Origin: Thermomicrobiales bacterium
GTDB taxonomy: Bacteria; Chloroflexota; Chloroflexia; Thermomicrobiales; UBA6265
Assembly (NCBI GenBank): GCA_037721765.1
Contig: JBBJOE010000001.1
Span: 1 to 47,044 of the forward strand
Direction of reading: 5' to 3'
DNA: 47,044 nucleotides
Part shown: positions 33,112-41,880 of the stretch, in pieces
Numbering within the stretch: the stretch's first letter is position 1
Layout of the letters: every line of letters begins with the position of its first letter
Program-made: the position numbers and the translations under genes
The notes under the pieces: generated by a model
Database searches by the model: none
Seen by the model: only the letters and a program-made list of their open reading frames with translations
Told to the model about the DNA's origin: nothing

Positions 33112-34166
33112 TCCGGCCGGCGCACCGATCAGCCCATCTCGTGACGCCCCTCGGACCGGTCGGTGCCCCGGTCAGGTTAGACCGCCTGACGAACCCGTTC
33201 GGACCGGTCCCCGGCGTCGCCTGGGCCGTCGCCGCCACGCTCGCATCCGGTACCATGACCTCCGCTGCCATCGGCCGCCTCGGTGCCCGGGTCACCGCCG
33301 CGGTCGCTCGCCTTGCCGGGACCACCCCGGACCGGGTGGTCCTCACGAACGGGATGGACGACCTGATCGACGGCCTACTGCTCTGGCGCCGCGAGCGGGG
33401 GCCGTTCGTCATCTTTCCGCCGACCGATCCCGGCTTCGCCGCCCGCGCCGCCCAGCACGGCGTCGAGACGGTGGTCTGGCCCCGCGAATCCCGCGGCTTC
33501 GGGATCGACCTCGGCCGCGCCCCTGCCCTGCCCCCCGGTGCGACCGCCTTCGTCATGGCCCCGAACGACCCGACCGGCACGACCCTCGACCCCACCCACC
33601 TGGTCCGGTTGGCTCGCACCTGCGACCTCGTCCTGATCGACGAGCGTCACGCCGCCTACGCCGGCCGCGACTCCGCCGCGCTGGCGTCTGAGTTCGACAA
33701 CGTCGTCCTCCTCTCGACCCTCTCGACTTGGGCCGGGCTGGACGCCTTTCCCCTCGCCTACGCCGTCGGCCCCGCCCGGGCAATCGCGGGCCTGGCACCC
33801 CTCGTTCGCCCCGGCGGGGTCGCCCTCTCCACCCTGGTCGCCGCCGCCGCGACCTTTGACGATCTCACCTCGGCCCTGGGCACCGTCCGCCGCATCCGCT
33901 TGGAACGTGCCCGCCTGTGGCGAACGCTCCGCAAGTCGAATCTGGTCTCCCTCCCCTACCCCTCGACCGCGAACTTCGTCCTGGCTCGGGTCGAACGGGG
34001 TGATGCCGCGGCCATCGCCGCCGCCCTGCGGGACCGCGACATCATCGTCCAGGTCCCCCCCGAGCCGAGATTGGCCGCGAATCACCTACGGATCACGGTC
34101 GGGCCACCGGAAGCTACCGTGGCCCTCGGCGCGGCCCTCGTCCAGATCGCCGGTCAGATGCGGTGA
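33108..34166 (+). CDS. Histidinol-phosphate-aminotransferase-like (class I/II aminotransferase fold) protein lacking the PLP-binding lysine
   Basis: Collinear with E. coli HisC from memory: DRVVLTNGMDDLIDGLL, FVMAPNDPTG, LVLIDERHAAY, VVLLSTLSTWAGLDAFPLAY (versus LRTLSKAFALAGLRCGF), NFVLARV, HLRITVG. GTGA overlap with the upstream stop. Confidence 0.75.
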   Translation: MIRPAHRSAHLVTPLGPVGAPVRLDRLTNPFGPVPGVAWAVAATLASGTMTSAAIGRLGARVTAAVARLAGTTPDRVVLTNGMDDLIDGLLLWRRERGPFVIFPPTDPGFAARAAQHGVETVVWPRESRGFGIDLGRAPALPPGATAFVMAPNDPTGTTLDPTHLVRLARTCDLVLIDERHAAYAGRDSAALASEFDNVVLLSTLSTWAGLDAFPLAYAVGPARAIAGLAPLVRPGGVALSTLVAAAATFDDLTSALGTVRRIRLERARLWRTLRKSNLVSLPYPSTANFVLARVERGDAAAIAAALRDRDIIVQVPPEPRLAANHLRITVGPPEATVALGAALVQIAGQMR

Positions 34167-34261
34167 TGCGGGGCGGTCGGACCGCGTCCAATGACGCGAT
34201 CGGGGCCTCAGGTTTCGTTCCCCGTCCCGAATAGTCTGCTCCGGGCCGTTCGGTCAGAAAT

Positions 34262-34380
34262 GACGGGAGAACAAAAGGTCTCCCCTTCGATAGTGCGGAC
34301 GAAGCGGACATACTCTCTGATCCGTAAAAATCGCGAGGTGAATGCGATCCTCAGGTAGGGGAAAACCTTGTCCTCCCGTC
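34262..34380. repeat. Imperfect long inverted repeat enclosing smaller hairpins, inside a GC-depressed intergenic region
   Basis: Arm A, 34262-34285: GACGGGAGAACAAAAGGTCTCCCC. Arm B, 34358-34380: GGGGAAAACCTTGTCCTCCCGTC. B is nearly the reverse complement of A, with an 8-bp perfect end GACGGGAG/CTCCCGTC. Inner hairpins: ATCGC-9 nt-GCGAT and CTGA...TCAG. Confidence 0.5.
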
Positions 34381-34588
34381 CTTCTCCATATCAATGCCCA
34401 GCGTGGAACCACATCTCGCGGGAGCGACGTGGATACCGATTTGGCCGACAGGCAGGGCCGGATCAAGGTCGACTCTCAAGCCCCCGATCCGAGGACCGCG
34501 GCTGGGCTACTCGATCCCGCCGCGCACGATCGCGCCAACCGCAACGCTCCGCCCATGGCCTCGCCCGGCTTTGCCCGACCCGGCTTCT

Positions 34589-35260
34589 TCAGTCGTGTTC
34601 GTGCTCCGGCGTCGCCGCCGCTCCGGGGGTGGCATCGGGGACTTCCGCGCCGGGGACCAGACCTCGCTCGGCGAGCAGGTCGTCGATCGTCTCGATCTCG
34701 GCCGACTGACTCGTCACGACCTTGGCCGCGAAGTCCGTCACCAGCGACCGGTCACTACGCTCTATGATCGCGCTCGCCATGTCCACACCGCCGGTGTGGT
34801 GGGCCCGCATCAGCCGGAGGAATAGGACATCCGCCTCGGCCGGGGGCAGCGTTCCCAGACGCCCCAGGTCCTCATCGCTGGCCATCCCCGGCATTCGCTC
34901 TCCGGGGGCCAGGTCGTGACCCATCCAGGACATTGCCCGTTCGGTCCCCGTTTGCCCGAGTCCCCAGACGTCGAGCCACCCCGTCATCATCCCGACCTGG
35001 GCCTGCTGGGTGGTGGCGATGTCCAGGGCCAGCGATCGGATCACCGGGTCCTCGGTCCTGCCCATCACCGTCAAGGCCATCTCCACGGCCTGCCGGTGAT
35101 GCATCGCCATGTCGCGGAGGAAGCCGGTTTCGGCCGAGTCATCGGCGGGATATGCGGCCTCTCCGAGGCGGGCCCCGATCGCGACCCCGATCGCCAGAGC
35201 GACGATGGCCCCGAGCCCGGCGACGAGGAGGAGACGGCCCCGGATCCGAGCAGATGGCAT
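34589..35260 (-). CDS. DUF305-family (ferritin-like four-helix, metal-stress associated) secreted or membrane-anchored protein
   Basis: Duplicated signature FLRDMAMHHRQAVEMA and FLRLMRAHHTGGVDMA, with an N-terminal TM/signal segment. Starts 1 nt after the DUF3105 stop. Confidence 0.8.
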   Translation of the reverse strand: MPSARIRGRLLLVAGLGAIVALAIGVAIGARLGEAAYPADDSAETGFLRDMAMHHRQAVEMALTVMGRTEDPVIRSLALDIATTQQAQVGMMTGWLDVWGLGQTGTERAMSWMGHDLAPGERMPGMASDEDLGRLGTLPPAEADVLFLRLMRAHHTGGVDMASAIIERSDRSLVTDFAAKVVTSQSAEIETIDDLLAERGLVPGAEVPDATPGAAATPEHEHD

Positions 35261-35261
35261 C

Positions 35262-35981
35262 CTACGTCAACGTCCCCGCGTTGCCCTGGCTGCAGAGCGC
35301 ACCACGCTCCGGGGTGTCCGGACCCTCCCGGTATTCCCGGATGAAGGCATCCAGCCCGGGGTCGGTGGCGGACTGCAATCGCAGTTGGTGATTCCATGAT
35401 GAGGCGACAACCGGAGCATCGAGGCCGGGGTACGGGCTGACTAGGATGTAGTCCATCTCCTCGGCCATCTCGCGCAGCGCCGCGACCTGGTCGTCCGGAA
35501 GGTCCGGCTGGTAGGTGATCCAGACCGCCCCGTGCTCCAGGGAGTGGACCGCGTGCCAACTGGCGACCGGGGCAGCGTAGTACCCGCAGTTCTGCCAGAC
35601 GTTGTTGTGTTGCCCGCCCACAGGCGGAGACTCGGTGTACGTCAACTCCCCGTCGAGGTGCTGACCGCCGGCGTAGTCGAAGTCCACCACGTCGTCCAGC
35701 GCCGCGTCCCCCTGGTACCGCTGGTAGCGGTCATAGGCGAAGAAGCCGATCGCCACCACGAGCAGGACGCCTAGCACTGCGGCGCCGATCCGCATCAATT
35801 GTCGCTGCCGGGCTTCGCGCTCGGTGCGGTTGATCCGCTCGGCCCGCCGCTCCTGGACGACCTGGGCCCGGCGGGCCGAGCGGTCGGTCCTCTCTGGGCT
35901 AGTGGCCGGGCTCGGCTTCCGGGCCGGACCCGTCCCTGTCATGTCCCCGCGCGGGGGCGTGTTCCCTCGCGTCTCACTCAT
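35262..35981 (-). CDS. DUF3105-family protein with an Arg-rich cytoplasmic N-terminus and one TM segment
   Basis: PPVGGQHNNVWQNCGYY, WHAVHSLEHGAVWITY, ILVSPYPGLDAPVVASSWNHQL. Start is uncertain (ATG 35981, 36017 or 35942). Confidence 0.7.
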   Translation of the reverse strand: MSETRGNTPPRGDMTGTGPARKPSPATSPERTDRSARRAQVVQERRAERINRTEREARQRQLMRIGAAVLGVLLVVAIGFFAYDRYQRYQGDAALDDVVDFDYAGGQHLDGELTYTESPPVGGQHNNVWQNCGYYAAPVASWHAVHSLEHGAVWITYQPDLPDDQVAALREMAEEMDYILVSPYPGLDAPVVASSWNHQLRLQSATDPGLDAFIREYREGPDTPERGALCSQGNAGTLT

Positions 35982-36110
35982 CGCTCGCCCATCCCCCGCG
36001 TCTCGCCCGCTTCGCATCGTCGCCCGATGATACCACCCGTCCCGGTGGCATCCCGGCACCGGGTTCGATCGGCCCCGGCACCATCGCCCGACCGGTCAGG
36101 CGGCCCCGCG

Positions 36111-37559
36111 TCACCGGACCCGCTCGCTCAACCAGCCCGGGATCGCGTCCAGCGGGATCCGCTCCTGCGCCGTCGTGTCCCGGTCCCGCACCGTCACCGC
36201 ACGGTCGTTCAAGGTGTCGTAGTCCACCGTGACGCAGAACGGGGTGCCGACCTCGTCCTGGCGTCGGTACCGCTTGCCGATGTTCGCCGTCTCGTCGTAG
36301 TCCACCAGAAGCCCGGTCTCGGACTGGACCCGCTCGAACAACTGACGGGCCACGTCGGCCAGCTCGGGCTTCTTCATGAGCGGTAGGATCGCCGCCTTGA
36401 ATGGGGCCACGCGTGGGTGCAGGCGCAGCACCACCCTGGTATCCGCCTTGCCGTTCACATCGACCGCCTCTTCCTCGTCGTAGGCGTCCAGGAGCAGCAT
36501 CAACACCGTCCGGTCGACCCCGAAGGTCGGCTCGATCACATGGGGGATGTACCGCTCCCCGCTGGCTTGCTCGAAGTAGGTCAGGTCCTCGCCGCTGAAC
36601 TGCTGGTGCCGGGACAGGTCGAAGTCGGACCGGTTGGCCAACCCGTACAACTCCCGCCAACCGAGCGGGTCCGGGAACCGGTATTCGTAGTCGGCGGTCC
36701 GGCTGGAGTAGTGGGACATTTCTTCGGCCCCGTGCTCCCGCACGCGGATGTGCTCCGGCCGGATGCCGATCGTTTCCAACCAGACCCGCATGGCCCCGAG
36801 CCATTCCTCGAACGCGTCAGCGGCGCCGTCGGGGCGAACGAAGAACTCGATCTCCATCTGCTCGAACTCGATGTCGCGAAAGATAAAGTTGCCGGGGGTG
36901 ATCTCGTTCCGGAACGCCTTGCCGATCTGGGCGACCCCGAACGGCACCTTCTGGCGGGCGGTCGCCAGGATGTTCTTGTACTGGACGAAGATCGCCTGGG
37001 CCGTCTCCGGCCGCAGGTAGACCTGGGTCCCGCTCTCCTCGACCGGCCCGATCGTGGTCCGGAACATCATGTTGAACTGCCGTGCCCCGGTCAGGGTCCG
37101 GTTTCCGCAGGTTGGGCAGGAAAGGTTGGCCGCTTCCAGGATCGTCGTCAACTCGGCCGGCGACTTGCCATCGACGTGCTGGCCAAGCTTGTCCTCGATC
37201 AGGTGGTCGGCCCGGAACCGGCCCCGGCAGGTCTTGCAGTCCACGAGGGGATCGTTGAAGTTTTCGACGTGGCCGGAGGCCTCCCAGATCCTGGGGTGCA
37301 TCAGGATCCCGGCGTCGAGGCCGACGATGTCGCGGCGGCGGTGGACGAACGTCTGCCACCAGAGCCGCTTGACGTTGTTCTTCAGCTCGACCCCGAGTGG
37401 CCCGTAGTCCCAGGTGTTGGCGAGCCCGCCGTAGAGGTCGGAGCCAGGGTAGACGAACCCGCGCCGCTTGCTGAGGGCGACGATCTTCTCCATCGTGGCG
37501 GCGCGGGACGCGGCAGGAGGGCTCGATTCGGCGACGGGGGAAGATGCGACATCGGTCAT
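36111..37559 (-). CDS. glyQS: Glycine--tRNA ligase (homodimeric class II type)
   Basis: [63 protein letters not shown], anticodon-binding C-terminus. ATG 37559 has GAGGAG 8 nt upstream and an ATGA overlap with the recombinase stop. Confidence 0.93.
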   Translation of the reverse strand: MTDVASSPVAESSPPAASRAATMEKIVALSKRRGFVYPGSDLYGGLANTWDYGPLGVELKNNVKRLWWQTFVHRRRDIVGLDAGILMHPRIWEASGHVENFNDPLVDCKTCRGRFRADHLIEDKLGQHVDGKSPAELTTILEAANLSCPTCGNRTLTGARQFNMMFRTTIGPVEESGTQVYLRPETAQAIFVQYKNILATARQKVPFGVAQIGKAFRNEITPGNFIFRDIEFEQMEIEFFVRPDGAADAFEEWLGAMRVWLETIGIRPEHIRVREHGAEEMSHYSSRTADYEYRFPDPLGWRELYGLANRSDFDLSRHQQFSGEDLTYFEQASGERYIPHVIEPTFGVDRTVLMLLLDAYDEEEAVDVNGKADTRVVLRLHPRVAPFKAAILPLMKKPELADVARQLFERVQSETGLLVDYDETANIGKRYRRQDEVGTPFCVTVDYDTLNDRAVTVRDRDTTAQERIPLDAIPGWLSERVR

Positions 37560-38602
37560 CCTGTCGGCTCCTCGGTCTCGGTCGTCGGTTCGAGCGTCAT
37601 GGCGGGCACCTCGTCCGGGGGGGACATCACGGCCAAAGCGATGGCGACCTCGCCGGCACCCGCCGGGATCTCACCGGTCGTGGCATTTGCACCGGCCCGG
37701 GCGGGCACACCGCGTTGACCGGGACCAGGGTCATCGGGGACATGGCGGTAGACCCTCGTCGTGGACTGGCTGACGTGGCCGAGCATGCGCTGGACCTCCT
37801 CGATACGCACCCCCCGCTGGAGGGCGTGGGCGGCGCACGTATGGCGGAGCGTGTGGGGTGTCACGCCCTCGATCCCGACCTGCCGGGCCCGCGCCTTGAG
37901 GATCAACCAAAATCCCTGCCGGGTCAGGCGCTGGCCCCGGTGATTCACGAACAGCGACGGCTGCCCCTCCACCGGCACCGCCCGCCGGTACCCGTCTACG
38001 TAGTCCATGAGTGCCCACCGGGACCGCCGGGAGAGCGTGATCAGCCGGTCCCGCTTTGGCTGGCTGGCCCGGACCTGGAGCACGCCGTCGGCGATGTCCC
38101 CGACATCGAGCGAGATCAGTTCGCTGACCCGCATCCCGGTGGCGTAGAGCAATTCCAACATCGCCCGGTCGCGCAGCGCCTCCGGCCGGCCCCGGGAGGC
38201 GACCTCGGCCCGGGGGGCGTCCAAGAGGCGGACGACCTCGGCGACGGTCAGGGACCGGGGGACGAACTTCTCGACCCGGGGGGAGACCATGATCTGCTTC
38301 GGATCGACCAGACAGAGGTCCCGCTCGAAGAGATAGCCGCAGAACGACTTGATCGCCGCCGTCTTCCGGGCCACCGTCGAGGCCGCGTACTCGCGTTCCC
38401 GCAGGTGCAGGAGATACCGGCCCAGGTGCTCGGTCGTCATCGCCCCCCACCCCGGCAGGGGCTCCAGGCCGTCCCGGGACGGTGGGGCGACGAGGTAGGT
38501 CCGGAACTGCGACAGGTCATTCCGGTAGGCGGCCACCGTGTGCGTCGAGAAGCGCCGCTCGCTCTCCACCTCCGTCAGGAAACGGACGATCACGTCCTGC
38601 AT
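37556..38602 (-). CDS. XerC/XerD-family tyrosine recombinase with an extra C-terminal tail of about 55 aa
   Basis: N-terminal SAM-like domain ([13 protein letters not shown]). Catalytic residues in [42 protein letters not shown] 38602 (GAGGAG 7 nt upstream) is preferred to track GTG 38617. Confidence 0.85.
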   Translation of the reverse strand: MQDVIVRFLTEVESERRFSTHTVAAYRNDLSQFRTYLVAPPSRDGLEPLPGWGAMTTEHLGRYLLHLREREYAASTVARKTAAIKSFCGYLFERDLCLVDPKQIMVSPRVEKFVPRSLTVAEVVRLLDAPRAEVASRGRPEALRDRAMLELLYATGMRVSELISLDVGDIADGVLQVRASQPKRDRLITLSRRSRWALMDYVDGYRRAVPVEGQPSLFVNHRGQRLTRQGFWLILKARARQVGIEGVTPHTLRHTCAAHALQRGVRIEEVQRMLGHVSQSTTRVYRHVPDDPGPGQRGVPARAGANATTGEIPAGAGEVAIALAVMSPPDEVPAMTLEPTTETEEPTG

Positions 38603-38677
38603 CGGGTCACTCCTCACCGGGCCGCGGCTTGGGACACACGCCCGGGGCGACGGCGCGGGTGACCGCCCGGGTCATCC

Positions 38678-39805
38678 TCAAGCGGCCGCCGCGGGCATCA
38701 CGTCCTCGAGCGCGGCGTGGGCCAGACCGAACGCGTCGGCCACCCCCGCATGGGTGACCTGCCCCGCGATCACGTTGACCCCCCGTGCCAGGGCGGGGTC
38801 GCGCCTCACGGCCGCCGCCATGCCGTGGTCGGCCAGTTCTAACCCGTACGGCAAGGTGACATTGGAGAGGGCCAGCGTGCTGGTCCGGGGCACTGCCCCG
38901 GGCATGTTGGTCACGCAGTAGTGCAGCACCCCGCCGACCAGGTAGACGGGATCGCTGTGGGTGGTCGGCCGGGCCGTCTCGATGCAGCCGCCCTGGTCGA
39001 TCGCGACATCGACCACCACCGACCCGGGGCGCATCGAGGCCACCATCTCGGCGCTGACCAGTTTGGGCGCCTTCGCCCCGGCGATCAGCACCCCGCCGAT
39101 CACCAGGTCCGCCGCCGCGACCAGCGCCGCCACCGCCTGCCGGTTCGAGGCGACGGTGTGAAGGCGACCGTGCATCGTCTGGTCTAACTGGCGGAGCCGC
39201 TCGACGTTGCGATCGACGATCCAGACGTTGGCCCCCATCCCGAGGGCCATCTGGGCGGCGTTGGTGCCGACCACGCCGCCGCCGATGATGACCACGTTGG
39301 CGCCAGGAACGCCCGGCACCCCGCCGAGCAGCATCCCGCCCCCGCCCTGCGTCCGCTCTAGCCAGTGGGCCCCGACCTGGATGCTCATCCGTCCCGCGAC
39401 CTCGCTCATCGGCGTCAGCAGCGGTAGCACCCCGCTCGTCAATTGCACGGTCTCGTAGGCGATCGCCGTCACGCCCCCGTCGATCAGGCCCCGGGTCAAG
39501 GGCTCGTCGGCCGCGAGGTGCAGGTAGGTGAAGAGGGTCTGGCCCCGGCCGAGCAGGCCGTACTCGCTCGCTACCGGCTCCTTCACCTTCAAGACCAGGT
39601 CAGCACCGGTGAAGACGTCCTCGTGCCGGTCGACGATCTCGGCCCCGGCGGTCTCGAACTCCGCGTCGCTGAATCCGCTCCCCGTCCCCGCGTCCCGCTC
39701 GACCACGACCCGGTGGCCGTGGGTCACGTACTCCCCGGCCCCGGCCGGGGTGACCGCGACCCGGTTCTCACGGTCCTTGATCTCCCTCGGCACCCCAACA
39801 ATCAT
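38678..39805 (-). CDS. ald: Alanine dehydrogenase
   Basis: MIVGVPREIKDRENRVAVTPAG, VVIIGGGVVGTNAA (NAD fold), HYCVTNMPGAVPRTST. Start at ATG 39805 (GAGG upstream), inside track ORF 38678..39877. Confidence 0.9.
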   Translation of the reverse strand: MIVGVPREIKDRENRVAVTPAGAGEYVTHGHRVVVERDAGTGSGFSDAEFETAGAEIVDRHEDVFTGADLVLKVKEPVASEYGLLGRGQTLFTYLHLAADEPLTRGLIDGGVTAIAYETVQLTSGVLPLLTPMSEVAGRMSIQVGAHWLERTQGGGGMLLGGVPGVPGANVVIIGGGVVGTNAAQMALGMGANVWIVDRNVERLRQLDQTMHGRLHTVASNRQAVAALVAAADLVIGGVLIAGAKAPKLVSAEMVASMRPGSVVVDVAIDQGGCIETARPTTHSDPVYLVGGVLHYCVTNMPGAVPRTSTLALSNVTLPYGLELADHGMAAAVRRDPALARGVNVIAGQVTHAGVADAFGLAHAALEDVMPAAAA

Positions 39806-39903
39806 CCGCCTCGTCTCTCCCGCCACGCCACGCCGCCCCGGTACCGGGCCGCGCGCACGGATCATCACCTGCCGCAAAGTCGCGCCAGTCTAACATAACG
39901 GTT

Positions 39904-39935
39904 CCCGCCCCCCTTCCTACCCAACCCACCATCCC
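39904..39935 (-). other. G-quadruplex-type motif (C-runs on plus strand) in the ald / rseP divergent region
   Basis: Minus strand reads GGGATGGTGGGTTGGGTAGGAAGGGGGGCGGG: five G3+ runs with loops of 1-6 nt, 12 nt upstream of a TAGACT -10-like hexamer (39887-39892). Confidence 0.3.
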
Positions 39936-40132
39936 GGAACTCTTCGTCAGTCCCACCTTCTCCCTCTGTCGACCGTCTACGTTGCGTCGCCCCGGCGCGC
40001 CCGGCTACCATTCCGGCCGGGTGCCCGCGACAGGTGCGCCACCGTCATCGTCATCCCACTTTCCCGCCCCTGGTCTCGTATCGACCGCCCACGCTGGCGC
40101 GGCAGAGATCACCCCACAATGAGGTCACCCGA

Positions 40133-41707
40133 TTGGACGGACTCCTGATCATCCCAATCCTCGCCTTCCTCATCTTGATCCATGAGATCGGGCACTTCGT
40201 CTCGGCCCGGATGGTCGGTGTCAAGGTGGACGAGTTCGGCATCGGTATCCCCCCCCGGATCAAGGGATGGACCCGCAACGGCGTCATCTGGTCGGTCAAC
40301 GCGATCCCCTTCGGCGGCTTCGTCCGCGTCAAGGGCGAGGACGGCGCCGACATGGATCCGGGGTCGATGAATACCAAGTCCCCCTACCAGCGCGCCTTCT
40401 TCCTGGCCGCCGGTTCCTTCATGAACGTCGTCACCGCGATCGTCTTGATGATCCTGCTGATCGGCGTCCAGGGCGTCCCCGAGGAGCAGGTCTACATCGC
40501 CGAGGTGATCCCCGGCTCGCCCGCCGAAGGGGCCGGTTGGCAGACCGGAGACGTGGTCCTGGCGATCGAGGGGGAGACGATCGACGACAGCACGGAACTC
40601 ACCCGCCTGACCCGGGACAACGCTGGGTCGGACATGGCCGTCACCCTGGAGCGCGGTGGTGAAGAGGTCCAAACCTCTTTGGTCCCCCGCGAGGCTCCTC
40701 CCCGCGGCCAGGGCCCGACCGGCGTCCTCCTCACCACCCAGAACCTGTCCGACGTGTTCGTCGGTTCGGTGGTCCCGGGGTCGGCGGCCGCCGGGGCCGG
40801 ACTCCTGGCCGGCGACCGGATCGTCTCGATCGACGGCATCGCCGTCCGGGATGCCTTCCTCGCCGACTCCGCGCTCGCCGCCGCCCAGGGGCGCACCGCG
40901 ACGGTGACGGTCGATGGCGCGGGAGCCCCTCGGGAAGTCCAACTCCCTGTCCCCGTGGCCGGGGTCGTCGTCGATGACGTCCTGGCCCAGACGCCCGGCG
41001 GCCTGGCCCGGTGGCTGCCCGGCGATCGCCTCGTCAGCATCGATGGCCAGCCGATCACCGATCTCGAGGGCCTGACCGCCACGCTGCGGTCCCGACAGGG
41101 CGCCACGCTGACGGTCGGGCTGGTCCGGGCCGGAGAGACCATCGAGACGACATTGGTCGTCCCCGCCATCGCTGCCGACGCCAATCCGCTCGCCGCGATC
41201 GGCATCGACGTGTCACTGCCGGCGTTGTCCGGCCTGGTCGGCTTCGACGACCGGCTCGTCGCCAAGTTCGAGGACGTCCCCCTCGCCGACGTCCTGCCCC
41301 TCGGGTTCGAACAGGCCTGGCTGACGACCCAGGGGATGGTCGCCGGGATCCGCGACATCTTCACCGGCCGGGCCTCGCTCGATCAGGTCGCCGGTCCGGT
41401 CGGGATGGGCCAGATCGCTAGCGAGGCTCTCGAACAGAGCTCGGCCCCGGACTGGTACGTGCTCGGCACGATCATGATCCTGCTCTCGCTCAACCTCGCC
41501 GTCCTCAACCTGCTGCCGCTGCCCGCGCTGGACGGCGGTCGCCTGCTGTTCGTCCTGGTCGAGATCCTCCGGGGCGGCCGCCGGATCGCGCCCGAGAAGG
41601 AGGGCATCGTCCACTTCGTCGGCCTGGTGACCCTGCTGATCGTGATGTTCGTCGTCGCCTTCGGGGACATCGATCGCCTCATCGACGGTCGCACGTTCTT
41701 CCCATAG
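40133..41707 (+). CDS. rseP: Site-2 (RIP) zinc metalloprotease, M50 family, with PDZ domains
   Basis: LILIHEIGHFVSARMVGV (HExxH), several PDZ-like segments (GSPAEGAGWQTGDVVLAIEG, GSAAAGAGLLAGDRIVSIDG), NLLPLPALDGG. Start is uncertain: TTG 40133 (GAGG upstream) or track GTG 40034. Confidence 0.85.
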   Translation: MDGLLIIPILAFLILIHEIGHFVSARMVGVKVDEFGIGIPPRIKGWTRNGVIWSVNAIPFGGFVRVKGEDGADMDPGSMNTKSPYQRAFFLAAGSFMNVVTAIVLMILLIGVQGVPEEQVYIAEVIPGSPAEGAGWQTGDVVLAIEGETIDDSTELTRLTRDNAGSDMAVTLERGGEEVQTSLVPREAPPRGQGPTGVLLTTQNLSDVFVGSVVPGSAAAGAGLLAGDRIVSIDGIAVRDAFLADSALAAAQGRTATVTVDGAGAPREVQLPVPVAGVVVDDVLAQTPGGLARWLPGDRLVSIDGQPITDLEGLTATLRSRQGATLTVGLVRAGETIETTLVVPAIAADANPLAAIGIDVSLPALSGLVGFDDRLVAKFEDVPLADVLPLGFEQAWLTTQGMVAGIRDIFTGRASLDQVAGPVGMGQIASEALEQSSAPDWYVLGTIMILLSLNLAVLNLLPLPALDGGRLLFVLVEILRGGRRIAPEKEGIVHFVGLVTLLIVMFVVAFGDIDRLIDGRTFFP

Positions 41708-41880
41708 CCGGCGCCTACCGGCGAACGATGGACGGGTATCTGTCACGGTAGCGCCCGGCGGGAGACCTGACCGGCCAACCTGCTAGACTCAGGGAGATTC
41801 GACACCGGCGGCGGGCACTCACCATCCCGACCCGCCACCGGGCACCCGTCATCCCGCCGGGTGTCCCACCAGGAGGTCCC

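Noticed and set aside
34167-34588. Identification of the intergenic region as tmRNA, RNase P RNA, SRP RNA or a group II intron domain.
   Set aside because: On either strand I could not find the signatures: no tRNA-like GGTTCGA-type T-arm followed by a 3' CCA; no GAGGAAAGTCCGGGC / ACAGAACCCGGCTTA P4 halves; no GGAAGCAGC SRP helix-8 motif. GGGGCCTCAGGTTTCG and GGGGGCTTGAGAGTCGAC only superficially resemble tmRNA 5' ends. It is kept as an unclassified candidate.
37493-37725. T-box leader upstream of glyQS.
   Set aside because: The glyQS start abuts or overlaps the recombinase coding sequence (ATGA), leaving no non-coding leader. No T-box sequence (AANNNGGGTGGTACCGCG-like) was seen.
37556-38602. 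Tyrosine recombinase as a marker of an integrated mobile element.
   Set aside because: It has a Xer-type N-terminal domain and sits inside a housekeeping operon. There is no adjacent tRNA, no flanking direct repeats and no phage or IS genes in the neighbourhood.
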